DNA of 64,000 nucleotides from Rhizaria sp. SCN 62-66. Its lineage: Eukaryota. The DNA is taken from positions 1-64,000 of the forward strand of contig MEDY01000055.1 of NCBI GenBank assembly GCA_001724265.1, given 5' to 3'. Made by a program: the position numbers and the translations under genes. Positions 40,561 to 52,514 of the stretch are shown here, piece by piece. Position 1 is the stretch's first letter; each line of letters begins with the position of its first letter. The notes beneath the pieces are model-generated. The model worked only from the letters and a program-made list of their open reading frames with translations, did not search any database and was not told the DNA's origin.

Positions 40561-42478
40561 ATGTCGCGCCGCGCTGTGGGCTCCCTCGCCCTCCGGGCGT
40601 GCCAGCAGCCCGCTGCCCTGGCCCACCTCGCCCGCATCGCCGCCAGCCAGGTCCCCGCCGCGCTTGGCCCCGCTCCCCTGCGCGCCGTCCACACCCCTGC
40701 GGCGCCGCACCGCGCCGCTGCCGCCGCCCTCGCAGCGCAGTCGTCGTCTCTCGCTCGCTTAAGCACGTGCTCTGCTGCGTTTGCGGCGACTAAGTCTGTC
40801 CCGCGCGCCTCCCTCTCCACCACCGCCGCTGCCACCGCGCCCCGCATCGTGCCCGCCGCTGCTGCCTCCACCTCTTCCCTCGCCCGCTCCGGCGCCGTCA
40901 ATACCATGCTGTCACATATCCTCTCCGTCCAGGCCGCCGCCGCCTCCACCTCCGCATCTGCTGCTTACAACACTCGCGCTAACGGCGCCTCCCGCCCCGC
41001 CGCCGCGTCCCAGCGCGCGCCCGCCGTCGAGTACCGCGCCGTGCTTACGGGCGCCTCGCTTTCCCCGCGCTTCCGCCGCGCCCTGCTCGACCACGTGGCC
41101 CGCGCCTTCTCGACCCGCGCCGCGTTCCTCGCGTCCCGCCGCTGCAATGCCAACAATGCCGACAACGCCAATAATGCTGGCAACAGCAAGCCTGCGGTCG
41201 CGGATGCTGCCGCCGCGCAGGCCGCTCTCGCCGCGCAGCCCTGGGGCTCCGCCTCCGCGCCCGCCTCAAACGCGAGCGCGGGCGCGGGCGCTGGCTCCTG
41301 GGCGACCTCCAGCACTGCTGCCGCCGCTAAGCCTGCCGCCAACGCCGCCAATGGCGCTGCTGCCAGTGCTGCTGCCCCTGGCAACGCGGCGCACGAGGCT
41401 GCATACGTCATCAACGATACCGGCATGCACACCATCGGCGGCGGTAACAACAACAACAACCCCGCTGCTGCTGCTGCTGCTGCTGCCGCCCGCGCCCATG
41501 CAGTCAGCGGCGGCGGCGGCGGCAACAACAACAACAACAACAGCAATACTGGCAAGGAAGGCGAGAGCACGTCTGAGCGCAACCTGCGCTACGGCTACTA
41601 CATGATGGCGCTGGCGATTGTGTCGCTGGGCGTCTCGTACCTCGCCGTGCCGCTCTACGCCGCCTTCTGCCAGATGACCGGGCTGGGCGGCACCACGCAG
41701 CGCGACGTCAAGGTCGAGGAGCGCAACCAGTACCAGCAGCGTACGGCGCACCTGGACCCCGACGCGCCGCCGCTGCGCGAGATCACCGTCCGCTTCGAGG
41801 CTATGGTCGCTCCCGCGCTCGACTGGGAGTTCCGCCCCTGCCAGGTACGCGTGCTCGCTTATCTCAAACGCATATTTGATAACATTCATGCATGTATTTC
41901 GTAAATATATGTTGGCTTTCATTTTAACACAATATTGTATCTCTCTATCCGAGTTTTGTGCACATGCGCTTATATCTTTGGCTTCAAATTTCTCGATTTG
42001 TTCTTCATGTTAGGAGGAGATCAAGCTGCGCATCGGCGATACGGCGCTGGCGTTCTACAAAGCCAAGAACAACATGACGCAGCCGTGGGTGGGCGTAGCG
42101 ACCTACAACGTGCTCCCGGCCTCGGCGGGGCTGTACTTCAACAAGATCCAGTGCTTCTGCTTCGACGAGCAGCGGCTGCGGTCGGGCGAGGAGATGGACA
42201 TGCCGCTCTTCTTCTTCCTGGACCCCGCGATGGCGGATGACTGGCGCATGGACGGCACGGACCTCATCACGCTCAGCTACACCTTCTTCCCCGTCGCGGC
42301 CGACGAAGTCGAGGCCATGGACCCCCGCGTCAACCGCGTCACACCCCTCAAGACCAACAACAGCACTGCCACGACGCTGCTGCCGACGACGCCGGGTGTG
42401 GTGCAGCTCAAGCCCGGGCAGAGTCCCGAGGACCTGCTCGTGTGCGAGATTCCGCCCAAGAAGACCGTGAGCAAGTGA
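40561..42478 (+). CDS. COX11: Cytochrome c oxidase copper chaperone COX11 with long N-terminal presequence/extension; exons 40561-41844, 42014-42478
   Basis: TM 'SYLAVPLYAAFCQMTGLGGT', 'WEFRPCQ', 'GVATYNV', 'YFNKIQCFCFDEQRL', 'ITLSYTFF'. Ends in TGA. Confidence 0.95.
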
Positions 42479-43097
42479 AGAGCAGGCGAGCAAGCAAGTG
42501 AAGAGCAAGCACACAGTGACAAAGCAGCGACAACCAATCTGTGTTGGACAAGCACAAGGAGGGACGCAAGACAGACGTCTTAGATGAGACAAACTGGCCA
42601 TTTGTGTGAGCCATAGCCGTCTCGTGGCTGCACACAACTTTTTCACACAGTATCAATGTACTAGCGCACATGTCTCAACCCTTTTCTTGTCGTAATTAAT
42701 TATTATTTTCATTATTTATTGCAACATACGAATTGCCAAATACAATCGAAACAGTATCATATCTCTAAATGATAACTAGACAGTGTATTGGCGGTACAGG
42801 TTCAACGGTCCTCTGCTTGAGATTGACAATCAAGACAAGAGCAACGACACATGCTCGCATATGCTAACATGCCGTCACAATCAGAGCCCAACGACAAGCG
42901 CTCGTGACAATCCATCAGTACAATATAGATTAAAACACACACACAACAAAGTGTACGTGCTCAACTTACAGTACAAGAACCAAGCTCGGCACAACCCGGC
43001 AACACGCTGTCAGCGGCGACGACTGCTGCTGCTGATGCTGCTAATGCTGATGCTGTGACTTGACTGGCGTGATTCATCAGTCAACCGGCGGCTTAAC

Positions 43098-45193
43098 TTA
43101 TGCGTTGAGCTCGTTGTACTGGGGAGCGACGTCCTGCTGCTGGGCCTTGGGGCCGAACTTGCGGAAGACAAGGATACCGACGCCGGCGCCGACAAGCAGC
43201 GAGATGATGACGACGAGGAAGACGTAGCCGGCACCGAGGCCGTTCTCGACGAGGCCGTACTTGTTCTAATTAGAAAGAAAAACAACAACAACAACAACCA
43301 AATAGAGGACAGATGGCGACAAAATGTGAGTCATTCGTTCTACATTTAGTACACACCGTTTTGTTATTCGAAACAACAATGTGAAAAAAACAACACAATT
43401 CAAGTTATATGAGAGAGATATATACAGAGTATTTGAACTCAACGTACCTGGCAGATCTTGGAGTTGATCTGGCAGTCCTTGCCCATATAGCCCTCGTCGC
43501 AGACGCACTCGCCGAGCGCGGTGCAGCGGCCGTGCTCACTGCACTTGGCCGGGCAGTTCGGGTCGAACTTGAGCGTGAAGGTGTAGTTGAGCGCGCTGGC
43601 GGCGAGCGACTCGACGGCGAGGGTGTAGAAGCCCTTCTGGAGCTGCGCGGCGGGGACGTACATGCTCTGCACCTGCGTCGCAGGCTGCGCCGACACGAGG
43701 TCGTAGTGGGTCATGTCGGGCTGGCCGTTGTGGCGCAGGTAAAGGCGCGTGTAGGCGGTGCCGACCTGGGAGGCGGCGGCGATGATGCTCATCTCGACGC
43801 TCGCGGCAGCGTAGGCCTCGGGCACCGAGACGGAGAAGTAGAGCGTGACGTAGGGCTGGACGACGGCCGAGATGGGGGCCTGGTGGGTGAGCGCGGTGGC
43901 CGAGAGCGAGCAGTCGGGCTGCGAGTCGTAGCCCTCGTCACAGGTGCACTGGAAGGTCGTCTCGTTGCACTTGCCGTGGCCGGAGCAGCCAGCAGGGCAC
44001 ATGTGGAGGTAGCCCGTGAAGGTGTACTTCATCTCGGCCGTGGTGGGTGCGATGATCGCGACGTACCAGTCGCCGCCGACGTACTGCGCGGTGGGGATCG
44101 CGAGATAGAAGTCTTGCTGCCCCCAGTAGATGGACTGCACGGCGTCGTTGTCACTCAGCGTGGGCACGCGGCCGAGCGCGGCGACGATGTAGCCCTGGCC
44201 GGAGGTCCCCTCGCGGGAGCCGGCGAAAGCGAGCTCGTAGCCGTCGTCAGTCAGCGCAGGGAACTTGTAGTAGGCGGACGCGCCGGAGGACAGCGTGTTG
44301 GTGTACGTCTTGGCGGGCTCGGCGGTGAAGAGCTGCGCGGAGCAGTCCTCGGCGATGTTCCAGCCAGCGTTGCAGGAGCAGACGCCCGTGGCCGAGGCGC
44401 ACGTGCCGGCATTCTGGGACGCGCCGCAGTTGCGGTTGATGCAGTTGTAGGCCTCGACCATGAAGGTGACGTTAGTGTCGACGTTCTCGTAGCCGTAGGC
44501 GTTGGCGAAGTAGGTGCCCGTCTCGAGAGCCTGGGCGGCGGCGCCGCGGCGGAAGCGGACGGAGTGCTCGTCGACGATGCGCTGGTCGTGGCCGTCGTAC
44601 GTCTGGCGCGTGGGGGCGCTACCGCGCTTGACGAAGAGGTCGGGGTCAGAGGTGTCGGCCTTGGACTTCTTCATGTAGAACCACACCTCACGGTGGGTGT
44701 CGGTCACCGCGAAGGTGTGGTCAACGGAGTAGTTGAGCTTGGGGACGAGCGTGTCGCCGGTCCAAACGCCGGGAGTGAGCGGGACAGGGTCTAACAAGGT
44801 GCAAGATACGCGCGAGGGAGTGCGGGAAGTGAGGAAGATGGAGGTGAATAGGGTGTGGTTGCGTCAACACGCGCGAAAGAGATCTGAGATCGGAGTGGCA
44901 AGGATTGACGAAAGAAAAGACTGTTTCTGTTCGGCAACAGGACGCAACTAACGAGATCTAGAAGTGCCACGAAGAAGATCTCCGCGTTATTACGGGGGAC
45001 AAAAAGAAAAACAGAGCAGAGCGCCGCACACAGGACGTGCGACACCCGAAAACAGGGGTGGCAACGTCGTCTGCGGCGAAGTGAGGCGATCGATTCGCGG
45101 ATGGAAAGATTTCACTGGATACGTACCCGCGGCGTAGGCGCCCACAATGGCGGCGCCAAGAACAGCAAGAATCTGGAAAACCTTCGAAACCAT
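43098..45193 (-). CDS. Type I membrane protein with three PPC-like beta-sandwich + EGF-like modules; exons 45193-45127, 44790-43448, 43265-43098
   Basis: Signal peptide 'MVSKVFQILAVLGAAIVGAYA'; 'DPDLFVKRGSAPT'; EGF 'CPAGCSGHGKC...CTCDEGY' and 'CPAKCSEHGRC...CVCDEGYMGKDC'; TM 'YVFLVVIISLLVGAGVGILVF'; cytosolic tail ending 'QYNELNA'. Ends in TAA. Confidence 0.8.
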
Positions 45194-45970
45194 TTTTGTG
45201 GAGTGAAAGCTCAGTTGCGTGCAATCGTAAATCAACCGAACCCCACCACTCGTCAGACCGGCCGGTCGGAGCGAGGCTGGCATCCGCCCACTGGCGCCCA
45301 CGGTCACTTGGACCACACCACAGACGTCGGTCACGAAGAGGGTGTAGGCACGCAAGTTACGAGAAGCTTGGCGAGGCACGCCAACGTCGCGAGATCGAAA
45401 GAAAATGACCGCAGACTTTTACACCCTTTATTCTGTGGTGCCATTCTCTGAAAAACCAACATATCCAAATTTTACGCCACTGGTGCTGCTTTCGCGTTCG
45501 CCTCTGGTGACGTATCCCGGCTTACGAGTTGGAGACGCGAGCGCCTTCTTCGCGCTCTCGTGCCCGTCTTGACATCGATGTGCTCATACCAACGTTTTTT
45601 TTACTGACTTCACCAAGTATGCCATCTCGCTCCGCTACCTATGTCCCACTCCGTTACCGTTAAGACTGTTATTAAGCTCACTATATTCCTGTTGCTTCCT
45701 TCTTCCGGCTGCCCCCTTCTTTCTAATATAGCTTCACGCCACCCGTCCGCCCGCTTCTGCGCTCGCACGTCAGGCCTTCTCAGACCCCCACGCCTTGCAC
45801 AACGACATCTTCTCGCCGTTGCTGCTGCTCTGCACACCGCTGCCTGCCGCCGTCGCCGTGGAACTCCTCGCGCCGCCGCCGCCGCGCTTTTTGCTCAAAG
45901 CTTTCGCTTCTCACACTCACACACGCACACAAAAGCTGACGCTGTGTCCGCTTAAGCCTCTCTGTTCCGC

Positions 45971-46588
45971 ATGAGCGCCGTTGCCGCCCAGGGCCCGAAC
46001 AACCAGCAGGCGTACCTGAAGCTCGTTCTGCTGGGCTACAAAAACGTCGGCAAGACGTCGATCTTCAACCGTTACCTGTACGACGAGTTCATTAAGACCT
46101 CGATGACCATCGGCGCGTACTTCGGTATGAAGAACTGCGTCGTCGGCGGCGTGTCCCACTCGCTCGCCATCTGGGACACCGCCGGTGAAGAGAAGTTCGA
46201 CTCGCTGACGTCGTTCTACTGCCGCAAGGCCCGCGCCGCGCTCGTGTGCTACGACATGACCTCGCTCGAGTCGTTCAACTCGCTCCCGCGCTGGGTCGAC
46301 AAGGTCCGCAATGAGGCCTCCCCGCACTGCGCCATCATCATCGTTGGCAACAAGGCCGACCTGGTTGCGGACCGGCCCGGCATGCGCCAGGTCGACACGG
46401 CCGAGGCGCGCCGCTACGCGCACAGCATCAACGCCGAGCTCTTCGAGGTCTCCGCGCGCACCGGCGCTGGCGTCGAGGCCGCGGTGCAGCGCGTGGTGGA
46501 GCTGGCGCTGCAGGCGGACCCCGAGCTGGGGCCCGCACGCCAGTCGCTGCTTGACCAGCCCGAGAAGGAGAAGGGCTGCTCCTGCTGA
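45971..46588 (+). CDS. Rab-family small GTPase (Rab20/Rab24-like)
   Basis: G-boxes GYKNVGKT, TIGA, WDTAGEE, GNKAD, EVSA; C-terminal CxC (CSC) prenylation motif. Intronless; ends in TGA. Confidence 0.88.
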   Translation: MSAVAAQGPNNQQAYLKLVLLGYKNVGKTSIFNRYLYDEFIKTSMTIGAYFGMKNCVVGGVSHSLAIWDTAGEEKFDSLTSFYCRKARAALVCYDMTSLESFNSLPRWVDKVRNEASPHCAIIIVGNKADLVADRPGMRQVDTAEARRYAHSINAELFEVSARTGAGVEAAVQRVVELALQADPELGPARQSLLDQPEKEKGCSC

Positions 46589-47378
46589 GATGCAGCGCGA
46601 GCAGGGCATACAACGCGCGGCGATGTCGAGCGAGAATAGCAACGTAGCAGTATTAATCGCGACGTAGCGATATGTATTGGGGCCACGGTGTCACATGGTC
46701 TTCGCATTCGTGAGTGTTGAGCGAATGATGCAGGCAAACATGAGAGGAGAGATACCCTATCCGTTCTTCGCGACATTGCATGCTTATGCTATTGAACAAG
46801 AAGATCAGCGTTACATCTTGGGCTTGCTGGAGTCGGATTGCACAGTAGACCTGCTGTGTTGGTGCTCTCTCCACGAGTGTTCACCGGAGCTGTCTTAAAA
46901 GATGCTTTTGTTTGTGTTTGTTTTGCTCTTGGTCCGATCCTATTCTTGTACTGTACATTCGTTTTTTTGTTCCTTATTTCTTCTTCTTGTCTTTGGCTGG
47001 TTGGTTCATTATAGTGCGTGCGTATGCCTCTGTTGTCTGTCGCGCTGAGATCCTCGTCGCATTAGGAATCGTCGAATGTCTCGATACGTTAGTGATATTT
47101 CCCCTCTTGTTTGTCCCCTCTTGTTTGGTTTGCTTCATCCAGTTTCCTTTGTCGTAGTTTTAGTAATATTAGCCTTGTATTGTGGAACCCGCGCATCTTA
47201 GAGTAGTACTACACATGTTTATCGTCTTTATATCTCGCGCGTCCGCATCAGTGGAGTTCATACATAAATTCAAAGTCTTATTGTTTACGCAGTAGGATGC
47301 AGAGACAACGGATGATTGCGTGAAAAAGTAAACCAGATGGTGTATTGTGGATATAAACGTCCGTGGTGATTTACTTAC

Positions 47379-47859
47379 TTACGCCTTGACGCCGTAGGTC
47401 TTGGCAGCCTCGTTGGCGAGGTTGATGTACTGGGCCTTGGCCTCGTCCTGGGACTTGCCCTTGTTGGCCTCCCAAGCGTCGTACTTGCTACGGGCCTCGA
47501 TCTGCACAGCCCAGGGCTGGGAGATGTTGACGTCGCCCTGTAACGCACCAGAGTGACGGAGAGAGAAAAACAAGCACATGTCATGAAAGTGGACGCGAAC
47601 GAGCAAACAAACACAAAAAGGGAAGCGATATAGAAGAATCAAGAAAATGAGCAAAAGTATGGCACTACTAAAGCAACGTGTCGCGAAGAAAGTTGCACAA
47701 ACCGGAAAAGCGCGCGCGAGTTTCGAGAGAAGGGGCGATGGGACGTACGACAGTGGCCTGCTTGTAGAGACCGTAGATGGCAAGGAGCTCATCGTTGGAG
47801 GGCTTGGAGTTAAGGTTGTTGACAAGGGCAACGGCCTCCTCGAAGGTAGAAGCGGACAT
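47379..47859 (-). CDS. ACBP: Acyl-CoA-binding protein; exons 47859-47749, 47537-47379
   Basis: 'FEEAV...[26 protein letters not shown]...KYDAWEANKGKSQDEAKAQYI'. Ends in TAA. Confidence 0.95.
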
Positions 47860-48301
47860 GGTGTCTGAGTCTGTCGGAAGCGATCATCGAAGAAGAGAAG
47901 GGGGGTTTCACGGTGAGGGAGACGAGGTCAGCGAACTAGCAGGAGAATATTCGCATACAAAATGGTGCTACCACACTGCTTGAAATTGAGAAAGTGTACA
48001 AAATCACGCGCACTGCCACAAAAGTCAATCATTTTGCATATACACGTCGCTCATCGCGCCATAATGCATCGCTTTCGCAACCCCGAATCCTGCCCCAGTC
48101 ATCACCGCAAAGTTAAGCCCATCGACTCGCTGCCGTCGCTTTTGAGAGCACGGTCAGTTTGACCGCTGACCGCTGACCGTTTGTTGCCACAGCCCGACCA
48201 GTCGGACTGGACTGTGATGAAGTGAAGGGCGTGTGTGGTGAGTTTTTGAAATCACATCGCTGGGATTTGTTTCTTACAACACACAGTTTGTACAGAAGAG
48301 A

Positions 48302-51102
48302 ATGAGTAGTGAACAGGTTGATACTACGGGTGATGCCACCCATGCCGCGTCTACTGGTACGTTTGATATCGATCCATCCCTCCAAAGTTGTGCTGTGTCC
48401 GAGCTTTGCTGCGCACACCGCCTGTCCCACCTTTCCTTGCCTCCCCAGGACACCACATGAATGTTTTTCACTCCCAGTTCAAATGCTCACATACGCCACA
48501 ACCTCATCATTAACGCCAACATCTTTCTGCGAATATCCCCCCTCATTCTGCATCTCAGCCGAGGACACTAAGCAGCAGGACCAGCCGCAGGAGCAACAAC
48601 AGCAGGAGAAGTCTTCTGAGGCCGCCCCTGCTCCGTCCACTGCGTCCACCACGGCCATCCCCGACGCGTCCGCGCTCGAGGGCCGCAAGCAGGTGCGCGT
48701 GTACGTGCCCGAGTCGTCCCGCTCTGACTGCGACTGGGCCGCGCTCTTCGCGCAGGCCAAGGCCGGCGTCGAGGCCGCCTCCAAGGCCGCGCTCTACGTC
48801 GGCTCCGACACCGAGAACAACGGCGCCGTGTACGCGCTGCTGGTTGCGCCCGCCGGCGAGGACGATGCTGCGGCCGACGCCGTGGTGGCCGCCGCCAAGG
48901 CCGAGGTGGAGACGCTGTTCTCAGATCCCGTTAAGCGCGCCACCCTCACCGCCGCAGCGCTCGCCGCCTCCGCCACGAACAGCAGCAACAATGGCGACGG
49001 CGCGATTGAGCAGGACACCAAGCGCTCCCGCCCCGCAGGCGAGTCTGCGGACAACGCGGACGAGCCCCTCGTGGAGCTGCCGCTCGGGTTGTACGCAGCT
49101 GACGCCAAGGATACCCGCGCCTCAACCTTCTTTAAGCGCAACGACGACAACTCCGCCAACGCGGGCGGCGCCGTCGGCTACGGCCAGGCGGGCGCGGGCG
49201 GGTACTCGTCCATGCCCGCGGGCCCCGGCTACGATCGTCCTCACGGCAACAGCGCCGTGCACGACAACGCCGACTTCATCGAGATCCCCAACGACAAGGT
49301 CGGCATGGTCATTGGTCGCAAGGGCGAGACGATCCACGTGCTCCAGTCCATGACGGGCGCGCGCATCACAATCGCGCGCGAGTGCGACCCGGGCTCGCAG
49401 ATGCGCAAGGTGAACATCTCGGGCAGCCCCGACGCCGTGGCCCACGCCAAGTCCGAGATCAACAAAGTCATCGCGCGCGCCGCTCTCACGCCCTCGGGCC
49501 CCGACGGCGCCTCTGCGGGCCCACTCGCGCCCGCGCCCGGCAGCGACACCGTCAAGATCAACGTCCCGAACCAGTTCGTGGGCATCCTCATCGGCCGCCA
49601 GGGCGAGACGATCCGCGCGCTCCAGGTCAAGTCCTCCTGCACCGTCCAGATCCAGCGCGAGGTACGTTCCACAGAACAAGATTTCGCAGCGTATTCACGC
49701 ATTTCTTGATTTTCTTCGTCGATATGTTAATAGCTCATACTAGAGCCTCGTTTTTGATCAGCGCACTTACATCTATATTGCTTTTTGTTCTCATTTGTTA
49801 CTTGTTCCCCGACTTAGGCCGACATGCCCCCCGGTTCCACGTCGCGCGAGGTCACGCTTATTGGCCTGCCCGACGCCATCGCCACCGCGCGCCACGAGAT
49901 TGCGCTGCTGGTGCAGAACGCCGAGAACCCCGGCTCGGTGCCCGCGGCGCAGCTTGTGTCGCACCTGGGTCGCCGCGAGGACCGCACCATGACGATGGAG
50001 GTCCCCCACCAGGTACGAAGATCGAGATATATACGCTTCTATTGGGTGATATTAACGCAAATGTGTCATATTTAGTGATCGAATCTTCTTGTATATCTAA
50101 GTCATTTTGTTTTGTTTCTGAATCTCACGAATCTTCATTGCATTGTACTCCGCCTCGTTTCCGTCCTCTCACCCCAGGCCGTCGCGCTGGTCATCGGCAA
50201 GGGCGGCGAGAGCATCCGCACGATTCAGCAGCAGACGGGCGTGCGCGTGCAGGTCAGCAAGGACCAGACGACGCCCCTGCGCGGCGTCACGCTTACGGGC
50301 CCCTCGATGGACGCCCTGCAGCGCGCGCGCGCCATGGTCGACGGCTACGTGTCGCAGTCCTACCAGCAGTCGGGCGGCGGCCACGGCGGGCCCGGCGGCT
50401 ACGGCGGCCCCGGCCAGCAGGGCGGCTACGGCGCCGCCCCCCGCGGCGGCTACCAGGGCCGCGGCGGGCCCGGCGGCTACGGCGGCCCACAGGGCGGCTA
50501 CGGCGGCCAAGCCGGCTACCAGGTATGTTTGCGCAACAAGATCTACACAACGAGATTGATTGAATTTAGCACATCTAATACTGCATATATATATGCGTGT
50601 TTACTATACGTCCCCTCTAGACGAAGCTATACTGAATTTGTATTTCTAATTTCATCTCACCACATCTGGTTCTTCTCTTTCTTGCTTTGCTCGTTCATGA
50701 TGACGACGATCATGACAACCACAGGCCGGCTACCAGCAAGGCGGCTACCAGCAGGGCGGCTACCCGCCCCAGGGCGGCTACCAGCAGGGCGCCTACGGTC
50801 AGGCCGCCTACGCCCAGCAGGGCTACGCGGCGCAGGGCGCCTACAACCAGTACCCCACGCAGGCCGCCGGCAGCTACCCGGGCGCGCAGGGCGGCTACGA
50901 CCCCTACGCGCAGCAGCAGGCCGCCTACGGCCAGCAGCAGGGTGGCTACAGCGCGGCCGCGGCCGGCGCGGGCGCGGTTGCGGGCACTGGTGCCACCGCG
51001 GGCGGCTACAACGTGGCCGAGCTGGAGGCGTACTACGTCGGCCAGGGCTACACCCAGGAGCAGGCGCGTTCCTTTGCCAAGCAGTACACCGACGCCAAGT
51101 AA
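48302..51102 (+). CDS. KH-domain RNA-binding protein (FUBP/KSRP-like) with G/Y/Q-rich tail; exons 48302-48356, 48559-49661, 49818-50012, 50178-50522, 50725-51102
   Basis: Three KH motifs 'VGMVIGRKGETI', 'VGILIGRQGETI', 'VALVIGKGGESI'; four phase-consistent introns; tail of 'GGYQQ' repeats and 'ELEAYYVGQGY'. Ends in TAA. Confidence 0.85.
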
Positions 51103-51556
51103 GGGCATCACTGCTCCTGCTAACGGTCACCTCCCCACGGTCACCTGCTCTCGGTCACCTGTTCACGGTCACGCGCGGACGCGATGTGCTTTCTAAGCCG
51201 ATGAAATACCAATAAGAATGACGTTATGGATGGATATGTTTTGCTTAATTCTCGTTTAAATGTACTGTCTTACGATTCGTTAGATCCGCATGATGTATCT
51301 ATTCAACGAAATGCTATTATCTGCTGCTTGTTTCGCTGCTTCTTCTTGTTTGTTGTTCCTCAATGGCTTGCTGCTGCTTGCTGCTGCTTGCTCGTTTGTT
51401 TTTCACCGAAGTTTTATACCTAAAAATAGTTCACACACACAATAATTCTGCCTTATTGTTTCATTTGTTCAAATTCCCCTGTGTCTTTACTGCTTTTGTC
51501 TTGACCTTGCAGTTATTTTATTGACATCACTTTGCCTTCAACATCCTTTGTTATCA

Positions 51557-51751
51557 TATTCATTCATTCATTCATTCATTCATTCATTCATTCATTCATT
51601 CATTCATTCATTCATTCATTCATTCATTCATTCATTCATTCATTCATNNNNNNNNNNNNNNNNATTCATTCATTCATTCATTCATTCATTCATTCATTCA
51701 TTCATTCATTCATTCATTCATTCATTCATTCATTCATTCATTCATTCATTC
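51557..51751. repeat. (ATTC)n microsatellite spanning an assembly gap (Ns at 51648-51663)
   Basis: Perfect ATTC tandem array on both sides of the N run. Confidence 0.97.
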
Positions 51752-52514
51752 AAAAGTCATGTCACATTCAAACCATCCTTGTGTATGTCACTTGCCTTGT
51801 CGTTGCCACTGCCATGGTTGATATAGACTTCAATGTCTCCGTCTTGTTTCTACCTATCGTCGATGTCACTGCCCTTGTTTGTTTCTATCTCGTCGATGTT
51901 TTTATTTCAATGCGACATTACGCAAGCGCTCTCTTGCACACTCGCGACTTTCTTGTCCGCTCACTCTTTCCGTAGCCCACAGTCGCTGTCTGCAGTCACC
52001 GCCAACGGTCATTGCGGCCAGCCTCTGCTCGCACGGTCATGCGCTTCCGTGCTGCGCTGGGTACGCTTGCACTCACTGCTGCTCACCTCACTTCATTTCA
52101 CTTCATTGCGCTATGCTTTGACTGATAGACTGACTGATTGATCTTGCAATGCTGTGCTCGTATTTTGTGCCGCGCGCTTGTAATGCTTGCTTTTATGTAT
52201 GCGATGGATACGTTGTGTGATGATACTGCTGATGCTTGTGATGCATGCTGAATCGAAAGTGATGATACGATGCGAACTTGATGATGATGACGATGATTAT
52301 GATGATACGATAATGATGATGATGTTTACGACTGATGCTGATGATAATTTTTAATGGTGTTTATGCTACGTGTGTCTTGTTACATACAACTTATTCATTT
52401 CACAGCTGTATTATTGAAAATCAGCATTCGACTGCGATTGTTCATAGCATTTTATCATACTGTAGCATTTTATCGTCGTGTTGCCAATTAATAACACCAC
52501 CTTGAATTAGCAGT

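Noticed and set aside
51521-51975. ORFs encoding (HSFI)n
   Set aside because: Translation of an ATTC microsatellite across an assembly gap; not a gene and not a CRISPR array (no spacers).
52210-52350. (GAT)-rich degenerate repeat
   Set aside because: Low-complexity intergenic sequence between convergent genes; no ORF or structure support.
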